Below are positions 28,924 to 40,100 of a stretch of 64,000 bases of DNA, in pieces. This DNA comes from an uncultured Methanosarcinales archaeon (GTDB lineage: Archaea > Nanobdellota > Nanobdellia > Woesearchaeales > DSVV01): contig CAYVNN010000002.1 in NCBI GenBank assembly GCA_964453185.1, positions 274,308-338,307 of the forward strand. Direction: 5' to 3'. The notes under the pieces are model-generated. The model was not told the origin of the DNA, did no database searches, and saw only the letters and a list, made by a program, of their open reading frames with translations. Within the stretch, counting starts at the first letter, position 1. Every line of letters begins with the position of its first letter. Made by a program: the position numbers and the translations under genes.

Positions 28924-29967
28924 ATGAAACAAATAAGCCTTTATTGGATAACATTGCTTCTTATGTTTATTTGTGTATTATTCCTAACCAGTTGTTCCAC
29001 TAATAATAATGAATCAAATGACTTCTTAATCAATATCTATGACCAAGACAAAGCTCAGGATGGAACAACATTATTCTTTACAGATATTGATGGTTCTCTT
29101 TGTATTGTTGAAGTAGATATGGAAGGAAATATTATTTGGAGATATGATTTAGAAGGAGAAATAAAGGAACATACATCTCCTGGTTTTGATATTGAAATAT
29201 TAGACAATAATAACTTACAATTATTAGCTCCAAAACTTGGTGTTTTTGAAATCACAAGAAATGGTGAAATAGTACGGTCATATTATGATGAAAAGGTTTC
29301 ACATGATGCAGACAGATTAGATAATGGTAATGTACTGATTGCATATGGAGCATCGGACACAAAAGAAGATGCTCAGGCTAAAGAAATTGATCATGAAGGA
29401 AATGTTGTGTGGGAATGGTATGCTGCTGAACACTTTGATTATGATATTTCTTGTTCTGGATTTACACATACAAATGCGGTTGAAAGATTAAAAAATGGAA
29501 ATACTTTGATCAGCTTAAGAAATTTTAATTTTTTAGTTATTGTTGATGAAGAGGGGGAAATAGTTCGTAAAGTTGGAGAAGGTATCTTGTATTCTCCTCA
29601 TGATCCTGAAGTTCTAGGCAATACAATTACTGTTGCATCACAAGGTACCTTAGATTGTTATCTTAATCAAATGGATGATTACACTGCAGCAATGGAGATG
29701 AATCTTTATAATGATGAAATCCTTTGGCAGTATGATGAGGGAGAGTGGAGTGATTCTCTTTGTGGTCAAAAAAAGCCATGTGATAATCAGTTAGTAAGAG
29801 ACGTTAATAAATTATCCAATGGAAATTATCTTATTGTGGGTACAGCTAAAATAATTGAAGTAACAACTAATGGAGAAATTGTTTGGGAGTTAGAAACTAA
29901 TAACGAGATCAACAATGATTCTAAGGCAAGACTTGGATTCTATAAAGCTATAAGAATAGAAAGTTAG
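28924..29967 (+). CDS. Secreted/lipoprotein beta-propeller protein with NGN-repeat (arylsulfotransferase/PQQ-like)
   Basis: The likely true start is MKQISLYWITLLLMFICVLFLTSC, giving a lipobox-like LTSC. The upstream part of the annotated ORF overlaps hddA. Repeated blades carry DNGNVLI, KNGNTLI and SNGNYLI. Confidence 0.45.
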   Translation: MKQISLYWITLLLMFICVLFLTSCSTNNNESNDFLINIYDQDKAQDGTTLFFTDIDGSLCIVEVDMEGNIIWRYDLEGEIKEHTSPGFDIEILDNNNLQLLAPKLGVFEITRNGEIVRSYYDEKVSHDADRLDNGNVLIAYGASDTKEDAQAKEIDHEGNVVWEWYAAEHFDYDISCSGFTHTNAVERLKNGNTLISLRNFNFLVIVDEEGEIVRKVGEGILYSPHDPEVLGNTITVASQGTLDCYLNQMDDYTAAMEMNLYNDEILWQYDEGEWSDSLCGQKKPCDNQLVRDVNKLSNGNYLIVGTAKIIEVTTNGEIVWELETNNEINNDSKARLGFYKAIRIES

Positions 29968-30542
29968 TTCCCTAGTATCTTCTCTACTGCTTCTAATAAA
30001 TCTTTTACAACAAAGTCAGGTGTAGCTTCTAAACCTTGTTCATGTCTTGCTCCAGACCCTCCGCCTAAAACAAACACAGTTTTACATCCTGCTTTTTGAC
30101 CTGCAACAATGTCTGACTTAGAATCACCTATCATCCAAGAATTATTTAAATCAATATCATGTTCTTTTGCAGCCTTTAACAACATTCCTGGCTTTGGTTT
30201 TCTACAATCACAATCTATCTTTAACTCAACAATTTCACCTTCAAAACCTTTTTCAGGATGATGTGGACAATAATAAATATCATCAATCTTTGCATCTACT
30301 AATTCTTTTAGTTTAATATGTATTGCATCAATCTGTTCAAATGTAATAAATCCTTTTGAAACTTTTGGTTGGTTTGTAACTACAATAGCCAAATAACCTG
30401 CATCATTAATCATCTTAACAGCTTTACTTGTTCTTTTTCTATCTATTAATGAATATTTTTCAGGTGTTAATTCTATTTTTTCTTGTGTTTTATAATTTCT
30501 ATTAAAAATCCCATCTCTGTCAATAAATATTGCTTTGTTCAT
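29964..30542 (-). CDS. gmhB: D,D-heptose 1,7-bisphosphate phosphatase (HAD family, GmhB-like)
   Basis: HAD motif I FIDRDG, HAD motif II VTNQ, and a CxHxxxxC zinc site (YYCPHHPEKG...CDCRKP) typical of GmhB. Confidence 0.7.
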   Translation of the reverse strand: MNKAIFIDRDGIFNRNYKTQEKIELTPEKYSLIDRKRTSKAVKMINDAGYLAIVVTNQPKVSKGFITFEQIDAIHIKLKELVDAKIDDIYYCPHHPEKGFEGEIVELKIDCDCRKPKPGMLLKAAKEHDIDLNNSWMIGDSKSDIVAGQKAGCKTVFVLGGGSGARHEQGLEATPDFVVKDLLEAVEKILGN

Positions 30543-31306
30543 AATATTACCTCTTTATCTTTGAATTCTTCTAAAAACTTTTCATACTTTTCAACTCTTC
30601 CAATTTCTCTAAAGAATTCTTCTGTTGGATATCCTTGAAATTTCAAACCCTTTTCCATTAACAAAGGAAATAATTGTTTACAAAAATCAAACTTAGTATT
30701 TTCAGGTATTAATTCAAATATTTCTTTCTTAAAAGCATATATTCCTGAATTAATATATCTTTTCTCATCCTTATACTTCTCAATTTCTTCTATAGGTGGT
30801 TTTTCTAAAAATACTTTAATACTATCATTATCATTTAATGTTATTACGCTTGAACTTTTATAGCCAGAAGGCAGAGGCCTCATACATATTGTTGCAATTG
30901 CTCCACTTTCTTTATGTGCTTGTAAAAACTTATCAAAATCCATGTTTGTTAAGTTGTCTCCATAATAAACAATAAAATCATCTTCAACTAATCCTTCAAC
31001 TAATTTAACACTACCTGCTGTTCCCATTAACTCATCTGTTTCTTGTACATATTGAACATTTAATCCAAACCGACCTCCATCTCCAAAATGTTCTTTAACC
31101 TTCTCAGCTAGATGTGCAACACAAAATATAATCTCAGTATATCCTTTTTTCTTTAGAAAGTTTAGTTGTCTTTCAATCAATGGTATTCCATTAATATCAA
31201 TTAAACATTTAGGAATCTCTTCAGTTATTGGCTTCATTCTAGTAGCAAGGCCACCTGCAACAATTATTATTTTAGTCATTTTTACTTTTCCAATATTCAA
31301 GAACAT
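30539..31306 (-). CDS. hddC: Sugar-1-phosphate nucleotidyltransferase (D-glycero-alpha-D-manno-heptose 1-phosphate guanylyltransferase-like)
   Basis: N-terminal IIVAGGLATRMKPITEEIPKCLIDI, matching the GxGxRL-type motif. The likely start is at the MTKIII Met. It lies in the heptose pathway cluster. Confidence 0.65.
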   Translation of the reverse strand: MFLNIGKVKMTKIIIVAGGLATRMKPITEEIPKCLIDINGIPLIERQLNFLKKKGYTEIIFCVAHLAEKVKEHFGDGGRFGLNVQYVQETDELMGTAGSVKLVEGLVEDDFIVYYGDNLTNMDFDKFLQAHKESGAIATICMRPLPSGYKSSSVITLNDNDSIKVFLEKPPIEEIEKYKDEKRYINSGIYAFKKEIFELIPENTKFDFCKQLFPLLMEKGLKFQGYPTEEFFREIGRVEKYEKFLEEFKDKEVIL

Positions 31307-32171
31307 CTTTTAATGTATCTTTTATATTAATCTCTGGCTTCCATCCTGTATCTTTGTTAAATTTTGAATAATCTCCAATTAATTTTAAAATATCATTTTT
31401 CCTTAATTTTGATTCATCTATTTTAATTTCAAAATTATTATCACTTAACTCTTTATATGCATCTAATATTTTCCTTCCAGTTAACTCTTGTCCTGAACAA
31501 ATATTATACACTTCACCTTTTCCACCTTTCATAACAGCTAAAACATATGCTCTAACAACATCTCTAACATCAGTATAATCTCGTTTTGTATCAATGTTTC
31601 CTACTAATATTGTTTTATTACCATCAACAATTTGTTTAGCAAAATCACTTGCTATGAACCCCAGTGGTTGTCCTGGTCCTATGTGATTAAAGCTTCTAGA
31701 AATAACTATATGTAATTCAGGAAATTCTTTACATACTTGTTCTTGCATTAATTTACTTCTTGTGTATGCATTTAATGCATCCTCTCCTTTGATTGGTGTT
31801 TCTTCTGTAATAACACCATCTTCAGGTATTTCATAAACATATGAAGAACTTATTACTAATGTCTTACAATCTATCTCTAATTCTTTAACACACAACAAAA
31901 CATTTCTTGTTCCATTTTCTGCAATATCCATTGCTATTTCAGGAATTTCTTCACATCTACTTGGAACACTGATTGCTGCAAGATGAAATACTAGATCTGG
32001 TTTAATTTTCTCTAAGATGCTTTTTAATTCTTCTTTATTCAAAATATCACACTTAAGAGCACCATTATTCCCTACTCTATCAACACCAAAAACTTCAATG
32101 TTATTTCTCTCTAATTCTTTTCTTAAATAATTTCCAACAAATCCATTTATTCCTGTAATAAACGCCTTCAT
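31272..32171 (-). CDS. NAD(P)-dependent sugar-nucleotide reductase/epimerase (Rmd/GDP-4-keto-6-deoxy-mannose reductase-like)
   Basis: Rossmann motif [10 protein letters not shown] and a YxxxK catalytic region. It is co-oriented with the downstream GMD gene and overlaps it by 4 nt. Confidence 0.65.
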   Translation of the reverse strand: MKAFITGINGFVGNYLRKELERNNIEVFGVDRVGNNGALKCDILNKEELKSILEKIKPDLVFHLAAISVPSRCEEIPEIAMDIAENGTRNVLLCVKELEIDCKTLVISSSYVYEIPEDGVITEETPIKGEDALNAYTRSKLMQEQVCKEFPELHIVISRSFNHIGPGQPLGFIASDFAKQIVDGNKTILVGNIDTKRDYTDVRDVVRAYVLAVMKGGKGEVYNICSGQELTGRKILDAYKELSDNNFEIKIDESKLRKNDILKLIGDYSKFNKDTGWKPEINIKDTLKDVLEYWKSKND

Positions 32172-33208
32172 TTGCCTAACTCTTTTAGATCTGCTTCATA
32201 CATTATTTTAACTAATTCTTTAAATGTAACTCTTGGTACCCAACCAAGTTCAGTCTTTGCTTTTGTTGGATCTCCAAGTAATATTTCAACTTCTGCTGGT
32301 CTAAAATATTTTGGATTAATCTTTAACACAACTTCACCATTATCAGTTCTAGTATATTCTTCTTCTAATCCTGTTTTACCATTACTTTTTACTTCAATAC
32401 CTGCCGCTTCAAATGCAGCTTCGACAAACTCTCTTACAGTATGTGTTTCTCCTGTTGCTAACACATAATCATCTGGTTTTTCTTGCTGTAACATTAACCA
32501 CATTCCTTCAACATAGTCTTTAGCATATCCCCAATCTCTTTTAGCATCAATATTTCCAAGAGAGAAACATTTACTCTTTCCTAACTTAATCTTTGCTACT
32601 TCTCTTGTTATTTTTCTAGTTACAAAGTTTTCTCCTCTTCTTGGGGATTCATGATTAAACAAGATACCATTACATGTAAACATATCATAACTTTCTTTAT
32701 AATTTTTACAAATCCAGAATGCATACAACTTTGCACAACCATATGGACTTCTTGGATAGAATGGTGTTGTTTCTTTTTGTGGTGTTTCAACTACTTTTCC
32801 AAACAATTCAGATGTTGATGCTTGGTAGAATTTAATCTTTTTACCTGTTTCATTAATTATTGTTCTTATTGCTTCTAACAATCTTACTGTTCCTAAAGCA
32901 TTAACATCTCCAGTGTATTCTGGTTGATCAAAACTAATCTTAACATGACTCTGTGCAGCTAGGTTATATACTTCATCAGGGGTATATTTTCTCATTATAT
33001 TATTTATTGAACTAGAATCACTTAAATCTCCATATTCAAGAATTAAATTAGGGTTATTTCTTAAATGATCTATTCTTTGTCTGTTAAATATAGATATTCT
33101 TCTTACAATTCCTATAACTTTGTACCCTTTTTCAAGTAAAAATTCAACTAGATAAGATCCATCCTGACCTGTAACTCCAGTAATTAATGCTGTTTTCATA
33201 ATAATCAC
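32168..33208 (-). CDS. gmd: GDP-mannose 4,6-dehydratase family
   Basis: [31 protein letters not shown] then an Sx(24)YxxxK arrangement (STSELFG...[10 protein letters not shown]), and 346 aa. Confidence 0.8.
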   Translation of the reverse strand: MIIMKTALITGVTGQDGSYLVEFLLEKGYKVIGIVRRISIFNRQRIDHLRNNPNLILEYGDLSDSSSINNIMRKYTPDEVYNLAAQSHVKISFDQPEYTGDVNALGTVRLLEAIRTIINETGKKIKFYQASTSELFGKVVETPQKETTPFYPRSPYGCAKLYAFWICKNYKESYDMFTCNGILFNHESPRRGENFVTRKITREVAKIKLGKSKCFSLGNIDAKRDWGYAKDYVEGMWLMLQQEKPDDYVLATGETHTVREFVEAAFEAAGIEVKSNGKTGLEEEYTRTDNGEVVLKINPKYFRPAEVEILLGDPTKAKTELGWVPRVTFKELVKIMYEADLKELGK

Positions 33209-33259
33209 CTGTTTATTTATTAATTAAATATCAGAATTATACTTGTTATATAAAGTTTA

Positions 33260-34306
33260 TTATATATTATTTAATATCTTATACAACTTCTCAGCACTTT
33301 TCTTCCAGCTGAACCTTTTTGCATTTTTAAGGCCTTTTTTAATCAAAATTTCTCTTAATTTCTTATTTTTAAGAACTTTATTTACTTCTTTAGTAATCTC
33401 TTTTTCATTAATATCTCTTAATATGATTGCTGCATCTCCTACTACTTCTTTTAATGATGTTTTATGTGTGGTAATAACTGGACAACCGCAAGCCATTGCT
33501 TCTAATGGTGGGATACCGAATCCTTCAAAAACACTGGGGAAAACAAATACCTTAGCTATGTTATAGAAAGAAACAAGATCTTCTTCACAAACATTTTCTA
33601 GTATAAATACTCTCTTTTCTAATTTTAATTCTTTAATTAACTCAAGATTTTTCTTTCTATTCTCAGAATTTTGATGTACTCCAATTTTAACAAAGATAAT
33701 ATCTTTTAACAAACTCATTGCTTTGATTATTTTATCAACATTTTTTCTGTTTTGTTCAGTTCCTACATATAGTATAATCTTTTTATCAGGTAAGTTATAC
33801 TTTTTTAATAATGATTTTTTATTAACTTTCTTTTGCTTATGTATTGAATGATTAATTGCAGGATTAACAATTTCAATATTATATGTTTTTAATTTTTTAA
33901 TTATCTCTTGTTTTGAATATTCACTTATTGTAATTATTTTATCAGCTTTTTTCATATATCTCCAATTAATGATTGTTAAAAAATATCCTAATTTTTGCAT
34001 TAAACTACCTTCTTTTTTCGCATTTAAATCATAACATACAATTACCTTTTTCCCTGGACAAAATAATAAATTTAGTCCTAAGGATGGGTCAAGAAAGTAG
34101 TTTAATTCATAGCTGTAATTAAAGAATAATTTTGTTGGTAAAATAACATACTGTTTAAATAGTCTTATTAAACCAAATTGTTTTGCTTTGTAAGAATATT
34201 CATTTATTTTTATTTTATTTTTTATCTCAGAAAATAATGAATTATTATATTTATCTATGCTGTTAATATATTCTCTTTTTAATCCTCTAACTAAATTAAT
34301 TTTCAT
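33260..34306 (-). CDS. Glycosyltransferase family 4
   Basis: C-terminal EX7E-type motif [25 protein letters not shown]. Confidence 0.7.
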   Translation of the reverse strand: MKINLVRGLKREYINSIDKYNNSLFSEIKNKIKINEYSYKAKQFGLIRLFKQYVILPTKLFFNYSYELNYFLDPSLGLNLLFCPGKKVIVCYDLNAKKEGSLMQKLGYFLTIINWRYMKKADKIITISEYSKQEIIKKLKTYNIEIVNPAINHSIHKQKKVNKKSLLKKYNLPDKKIILYVGTEQNRKNVDKIIKAMSLLKDIIFVKIGVHQNSENRKKNLELIKELKLEKRVFILENVCEEDLVSFYNIAKVFVFPSVFEGFGIPPLEAMACGCPVITTHKTSLKEVVGDAAIILRDINEKEITKEVNKVLKNKKLREILIKKGLKNAKRFSWKKSAEKLYKILNNI

Positions 34307-35277
34307 GTTCTGCCTTCTTCTCTCTCTAAAACTTCAGGATTTTCAAGAATATATCTTGCAGTCATTCTGATTGCTTCTTTCACAGGTGTCTTTGCTTCCC
34401 ATCCTAATTCTTTTAATCGCTTTGTACATAACTTTACAAATGGTGCATCTCCTTTCCATCCTCTGTCTCCACCTGTAAATGTGTATTTAACATCTTTTAA
34501 TCCCATCTCTTCACATACTATGTTTGCAAGTTCAATAACATTTAGATGATCTTTATGACCTAAGTTAAAGACATTTTTATTACCTTTTGCATTCTTAATT
34601 GCAAAAAACATTCCTTCAATTCCATCCTTAACATATAGATAAGATTTCTTTTGTTGTCCATCTCCTAATATCTCCATTTCTTTTGGATTATTTTTTAATT
34701 TTTTAATAAAATCAAAAACAGCTCCATGGGTATATCGTTCACCCATCCAAGAAACAAAACGGAAAATCCATGATCTCATATCATAGTATTCACAATATGC
34801 TTGTATCATTCCTTCTCCAGCTAACTTTGATGCTCCATATAATGATGTTTGGATTAATGGATAATCTTCTGGTGTTGGAAAAACATCAGGCTCACCATAA
34901 ACACAAGAGGTACTTGAGAATACTATGTTTTTGATATTATTTATTCTCATTGCTTCAAGAACATTCCATGTTGCAATTGTATTCTGTTCAAGATCAACTC
35001 TTGTTTTATTAATTCCACCTCTAACATCAGCATTAGCTTGGAGATGAAAAACAAAATCATGTCCTTTCATAGATTCAGTTAATGTTTTTAGATCTAATAC
35101 ATCAGCTTTAATTACTTTAAACTTAGGATTGTCTTGATTATGTTTGATGAATAGTTTTCTTCCAGTACAAAAGTTATCATATACAGTAACCTCATTACCC
35201 TCTTCTAATAACTTATCCACAATATGTGAGCCAATAAACCCTGCTCCACCTGTAACAAATGCTTTCATAATAATCAC
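34303..35277 (-). CDS. NAD-dependent epimerase/dehydratase (UDP-sugar 4-epimerase-like)
   Basis: Rossmann motif VTGGAGFIGSH, a YxxxK motif (YGASKLAGE) and 324 aa. Confidence 0.75.
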   Translation of the reverse strand: MIIMKAFVTGGAGFIGSHIVDKLLEEGNEVTVYDNFCTGRKLFIKHNQDNPKFKVIKADVLDLKTLTESMKGHDFVFHLQANADVRGGINKTRVDLEQNTIATWNVLEAMRINNIKNIVFSSTSCVYGEPDVFPTPEDYPLIQTSLYGASKLAGEGMIQAYCEYYDMRSWIFRFVSWMGERYTHGAVFDFIKKLKNNPKEMEILGDGQQKKSYLYVKDGIEGMFFAIKNAKGNKNVFNLGHKDHLNVIELANIVCEEMGLKDVKYTFTGGDRGWKGDAPFVKLCTKRLKELGWEAKTPVKEAIRMTARYILENPEVLEREEGRT

Positions 35278-35279
35278 CT

Positions 35280-36269
35280 TTATTTTATATTATCCAATAA
35301 AAACTTAGGAAAGTATGTCATTTTATATGTTTTTTCTAATTGTAAACTCTCTATATTTTGGATAAGTAGTCCGAACTTGCTTCTGATTTCTCTCTCAACC
35401 TTTTTGAATTGAATCATATCTTCTGTTTCAATCATTATTTCAATATCCCATTCCCCTAATGTCTTAACTAAACTTGTTACATAAGGATGCATTTTTAGAT
35501 AATTTACTAGATTATTTTCTAATTTTGTAGAAACATTATGGTATTTGATTAATAATATTATTGCTGTTCTATTTATTTCTCTTGGATCAACTAGCATTCT
35601 AAATCCTTTTATTATATTTCTTTTTTTTAATTCTTTAATTCGATTAATAATTGTTTTAGGTGTTAGTTCTAATTCTTGACTTAATTTTACAGAACTAGTC
35701 CTAGCATCTTCAGAAAGTTTTTTTAACAGTTTTATATCTATGTTATTCAACTTCTCTGGTTCTTTATCTCCTCCTATCATCATCTGAGGTGTTTTTGACA
35801 TATCTTTAAACAAATACTTTTTTCCAAATAATCTTATTACAATGGTAGTTAATATTGTATAATTTTGTAATTGTTTAGGAAATTCTTCCATAATTGATCT
35901 AAGAATCTTGTTAAATAAAGAAACATTTGATGCAAGGAATGTACATATTAGATCATATCTTCCACTACATGTTTTAACCCAATATGTGTTAGGATGTGAT
36001 TCAAAGAATTCTAATAATTTATCAAATCTTTTTTCACTCATATAATTAATTCGAAAATAAACTCTAAATCCTATAAGATTTAGTTTTGAATAATCAATTC
36101 CAGTATAAAATCCTTTAATAATTCCTCTTTTCTTTAGTGAATTAACAATATAACTAACTCTTTGTTGACTCATTCTTGTTTTTTTACCTATCTTAGAAAA
36201 TGCTATTCTTGAGTTTATTTCTAATTCTCGCAACACAGAAATTTCAGTTTTTTTCAACTTTGAAGCCAT
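35280..36269 (-). CDS. Tandem Lrp/AsnC-type transcriptional regulator (two HTH-RAM units fused)
   Basis: Two HTH_AsnC-like segments, ISVLRELEINSRIAFSKIGKKTRMSQQRV and IKLLKKLSEDARTSSVKLSQELELTPKTIINRI, each followed by a RAM-like region. 329 aa. Confidence 0.6.
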   Translation of the reverse strand: MASKLKKTEISVLRELEINSRIAFSKIGKKTRMSQQRVSYIVNSLKKRGIIKGFYTGIDYSKLNLIGFRVYFRINYMSEKRFDKLLEFFESHPNTYWVKTCSGRYDLICTFLASNVSLFNKILRSIMEEFPKQLQNYTILTTIVIRLFGKKYLFKDMSKTPQMMIGGDKEPEKLNNIDIKLLKKLSEDARTSSVKLSQELELTPKTIINRIKELKKRNIIKGFRMLVDPREINRTAIILLIKYHNVSTKLENNLVNYLKMHPYVTSLVKTLGEWDIEIMIETEDMIQFKKVEREIRSKFGLLIQNIESLQLEKTYKMTYFPKFLLDNIK

Positions 36270-36486
36270 ATCTTTGTGATATTGTACTTTTAGTATATAA
36301 AATCTATGTTTTTACAAAAAAGTATGTGTTATTATATTATAAATAAGTGTCTTGATTATTAATAATATTAATTAATATGTGAAGGAATAATATGTCTCAT
36401 TTAATCGGGTGGGGAAAATCTTTTTAAATGAGCACTCATTACTCTAAAGTAGTATTTAACAAATTTAATATTGGTGGTGAATAATA

Positions 36487-37074
36487 ATGGATGGTGGAAG
36501 TCAAAATACAAGTGGTCCGTATGGAGGAGATGTAGCTCAAAGACCTACTCTTGAAACAGTAGGTAGAATTGTTATTCAAATGTATAAACCAGCTTATTTT
36601 TCTGCAGATGGATTCAGAGAAATAACAGGAAGCCACGGTTTGGGTGGATTAGAAGCAGAACTAGTTGGTGATAAGGAGATGTTAGATAGGTTCCAAGAGG
36701 GTTCTGGTTTTGCTATGCATCACCTTGCTAAACCAGAAGTAGATATGATTATGTTACAATTATATACAACTTGGATTATGTACAAGGGTGTTCAAGGTCA
36801 TTTTCCTAATATGGAGGCAAGTTCTCCAGAAGAATGGTTTGATACTCAGGTTGAAAGGTATGTTATTAAAGGTGGTACTTTTCAATTTAATAGAAGAATA
36901 GACCCTAATGAGGAAATAACTGCTCGTATGGATGTAACTGCTTTGGAAGAAAGAGGAAGGAATGGTAATTATCACTTAGAATTCACTTACACTATAACAG
37001 GTCATGAATCAGGTAATACACATACTGGATCATATTGTATGGTGATTTTGAAGGAAGATTTAAAACAAAATTAA
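36487..37074 (+). CDS. Hypothetical protein (195 aa), atypical composition
   Basis: A long ORF that is G/T/H/Y-rich and K-poor. No known motif recognised. Confidence 0.4.
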   Translation: MDGGSQNTSGPYGGDVAQRPTLETVGRIVIQMYKPAYFSADGFREITGSHGLGGLEAELVGDKEMLDRFQEGSGFAMHHLAKPEVDMIMLQLYTTWIMYKGVQGHFPNMEASSPEEWFDTQVERYVIKGGTFQFNRRIDPNEEITARMDVTALEERGRNGNYHLEFTYTITGHESGNTHTGSYCMVILKEDLKQN

Positions 37075-37194
37075 TTTTTCTTTTCCCTTCTCTTTCATTA
37101 CCAACCAGTAATCTTATTTTCTTATCATTATGATTCCAAAACCTTTATATACTTCTCCCTAATGAATTCTCTCTGTAAAGAGGGGATAATTTTA

Positions 37195-40100
37195 ATGACT
37201 AGGATTCAAAAGATAGTAATGAAGGGCTTTAAGTCATTTGGAGAGAAAACTGAACTAGTTTTTGATAGTAATTTTAGCTGTATTCTTGGACCAAATGGAT
37301 CTGGAAAATCTAATGTTGGTGATGCACTTTGCTTTGTTCTAGGAAAAGGTTCTGCTAAGGGTATGAGAGCTGAAAAATCAGCAAATCTAATATACAATGG
37401 TGGAAAAACAAAAAATCCAGCAAAATCAGGTGAAGTTTCTATTTTCTTTGACAATTCAAGTAAAATATTCCCAGCAGACACTGACATAATAAAATTAACA
37501 AGAACAATAAAAAATAGTGGACAAAGTATTTACAGAATTAATGATAAAAGAAGAACAAGACATGAAATACGTGAACTTCTAAGCATTGCAAACATTGATC
37601 CAGATGGTTATAATGTAATTCTTCAAGGTGATATTGTAAGGTTTGTTGAAATGTCTACAAATGACAGAAGACTAGTTATTGAAGATATTGCAGGCATTGG
37701 TGTATATGAAGAAAAAAAGAAAAAAGCCTTGAAAGAATTAGAAAAAGTTGAAACTAGACTAAATGAAGCAGAAATTATTCTTACAGAAAGAAAAACATAT
37801 CTTAAGGAATTAAAAAAAGAAAGAGATCAAGCTGCTAAGTATAAAGAATTAGGAGATAAAATAAATAGAAATAAAGCAACATACCTTAAAGCAAGATTTG
37901 ATACAAGAAATAAAAAGATTGAACAAATCAATAAATACATAACAAATCACCAAGATAATATTGACAAGATGCAGGAAAAGATTAACAAATTAAAACAAGA
38001 TGTTGTAACAAATAAAGAAGGGGTTCGTCAAATAACAAAAGAAGTTGAACAAAAAGGTGAAAAAGAACAAGTTGAAATGTTAAAAGTTATAGAAAAACTT
38101 AAGGTTGATGTTGCATCTGACAAAAACAGGATCAGTACATGTGAAAATGAACTTCAAAGAGTTTCTACAAGAAAAGATCAATTAAATGCTTCATTCTCAG
38201 AAATTGAATCTAAAATTAAGGAATTAAGTAATGAAACCAATGAAATAAACAAAGAAAAAGCAAGAGTTCAAAAAGATATTTCTTTGATTGAATCCAAAAT
38301 TCAGCAATTTAGAAAAAAGAATAAACTTGATGGAGCAGAAGGTATTGATAAAGAGATTGAAACTATTGATAAAGAAGCTGAAGAAAAACAAAAAGAAATT
38401 CAGGAATTAAGAGAAAAACAACAAAATCTTTTAAGAGAAAAAGATAAAGTTGAATATCAAATTCATTCTATTGATGAGAAAATTAACAAGGTTCTTGAGG
38501 TTGAGAAACAAAACAAAGGCGAAATACAAAAACTTAAACAAATGAAAGAAGAGTTTAAGAAAGCCACATCTGAACTTAACAAATGTTTAAATGAAGATTC
38601 TAACTTAGCTGCTCAAATAGGTAATGCACGTGATAAATTATCAAGTGCTCAATCAGAACTTGCAAAATTAAATGCTAAAAATACAAGTATAAAAGAATCA
38701 GCTGCTTTAAGCATTGGTATTAAATCAATTTTAGACAATAAAAAGAAACTTGGCAATGTATTTGGTACTGTTTCTGAATTAGGTAAAGTAAAAAGTAAGT
38801 TTGCTTTGGCATTAGAAATAGCAGCAGGTTCAAGGTTAAAGAGTATTGTTGTTGATAATGATAAAACAGCATCAGATTGTATTAAATATTTAAAAAATAA
38901 GAAACTAGGTACTGCTACTTTTTTACCTTTAAACAAAATAAAAGCACCAAAAGAGGTTTCTAACATTGATTCTCTTAAAAAAGCAAATGGTGTTTATGGA
39001 AAGGCTGTTGATCTTGTTGATTATGATAATAAATTTAGAAATGTATTCAAATATATTTATGGAAGTACGCTTGTAGTTGATAATATTGATGTTGCTAGAA
39101 GGATTGGTATTGGAAGTACAAGGATGGTAACATTAGATGGGGATATGACAGAACTAAGCGGTGCAATGCATGGCGGATTTAGAGATAAAAAGAGAGCTTC
39201 CCTTGGTTTCCAAGAAAAAGAAGTTGTTGAAGATATTAATAAGAATGAAAAGATTGTTGGAGATTTAACAAGATTAATGGATGTATTACAAAAAAAGAGA
39301 AATGAAAACGAGCAGAATATTACAAGATTAAGAACTTTTAAAGCAAATCTTGAAGGAGACATTATCACAAAAGAAAAATCATTACATCTTGAATCCGGGG
39401 ATCTTGATGCTTCAAGAAATCTTAAGAAAGATTTATCAAAACAAGTTGATGAATATGGAAAAAAGTTAATGCAAGATAATATGAAGATCTCTGCTTGTAA
39501 CAAATCACTTGCAGAACTTAAAATTAAGAAGCAACAATTAAGAGGAAGAATCTCAGAACTAAGAAATCCAAGGTTAATCGCAGAATTAAATACATTTGAA
39601 CAAAAGAGGGGTGAATTAAAAGAAACAGTTATGACTCTTGATGGTAATCTTAAGAATATTAATATGCAGACTAAGAACATTCTCTCTCCTGAACAAAATA
39701 ATATTTTAAAAATATTAAAACAACATGATAAAGAAGAAGAAGGATTTAGAGAAGAAATAAAGGATCTTAAAGAAAAGATAAAATTAGAAGAAGTTGATCT
39801 TAAAGAAAAGGAAAAATTACAAAAACAATTCTATGGTCAATTTAAAGGATTATTCCAACAGAGAGAAAAACTTAATGAAATTATACAGAAATTAGAAAAT
39901 AAAATTATTATACTTGAAGAGAACATTAGAGCAACAGAAGGAAAGAAAAATACTTATTCAATTGAAAATGCTAAGATTAAAGCAGAACTTGCAGGTATTG
40001 AAGAAGAATACAAGAGATATGAGAAATATCCTGTTTATACAAACAAATCAGAAGAACAACTTAAGAAAGAAATCTGGGAATTTGAAAGAATGGTTGAAAG

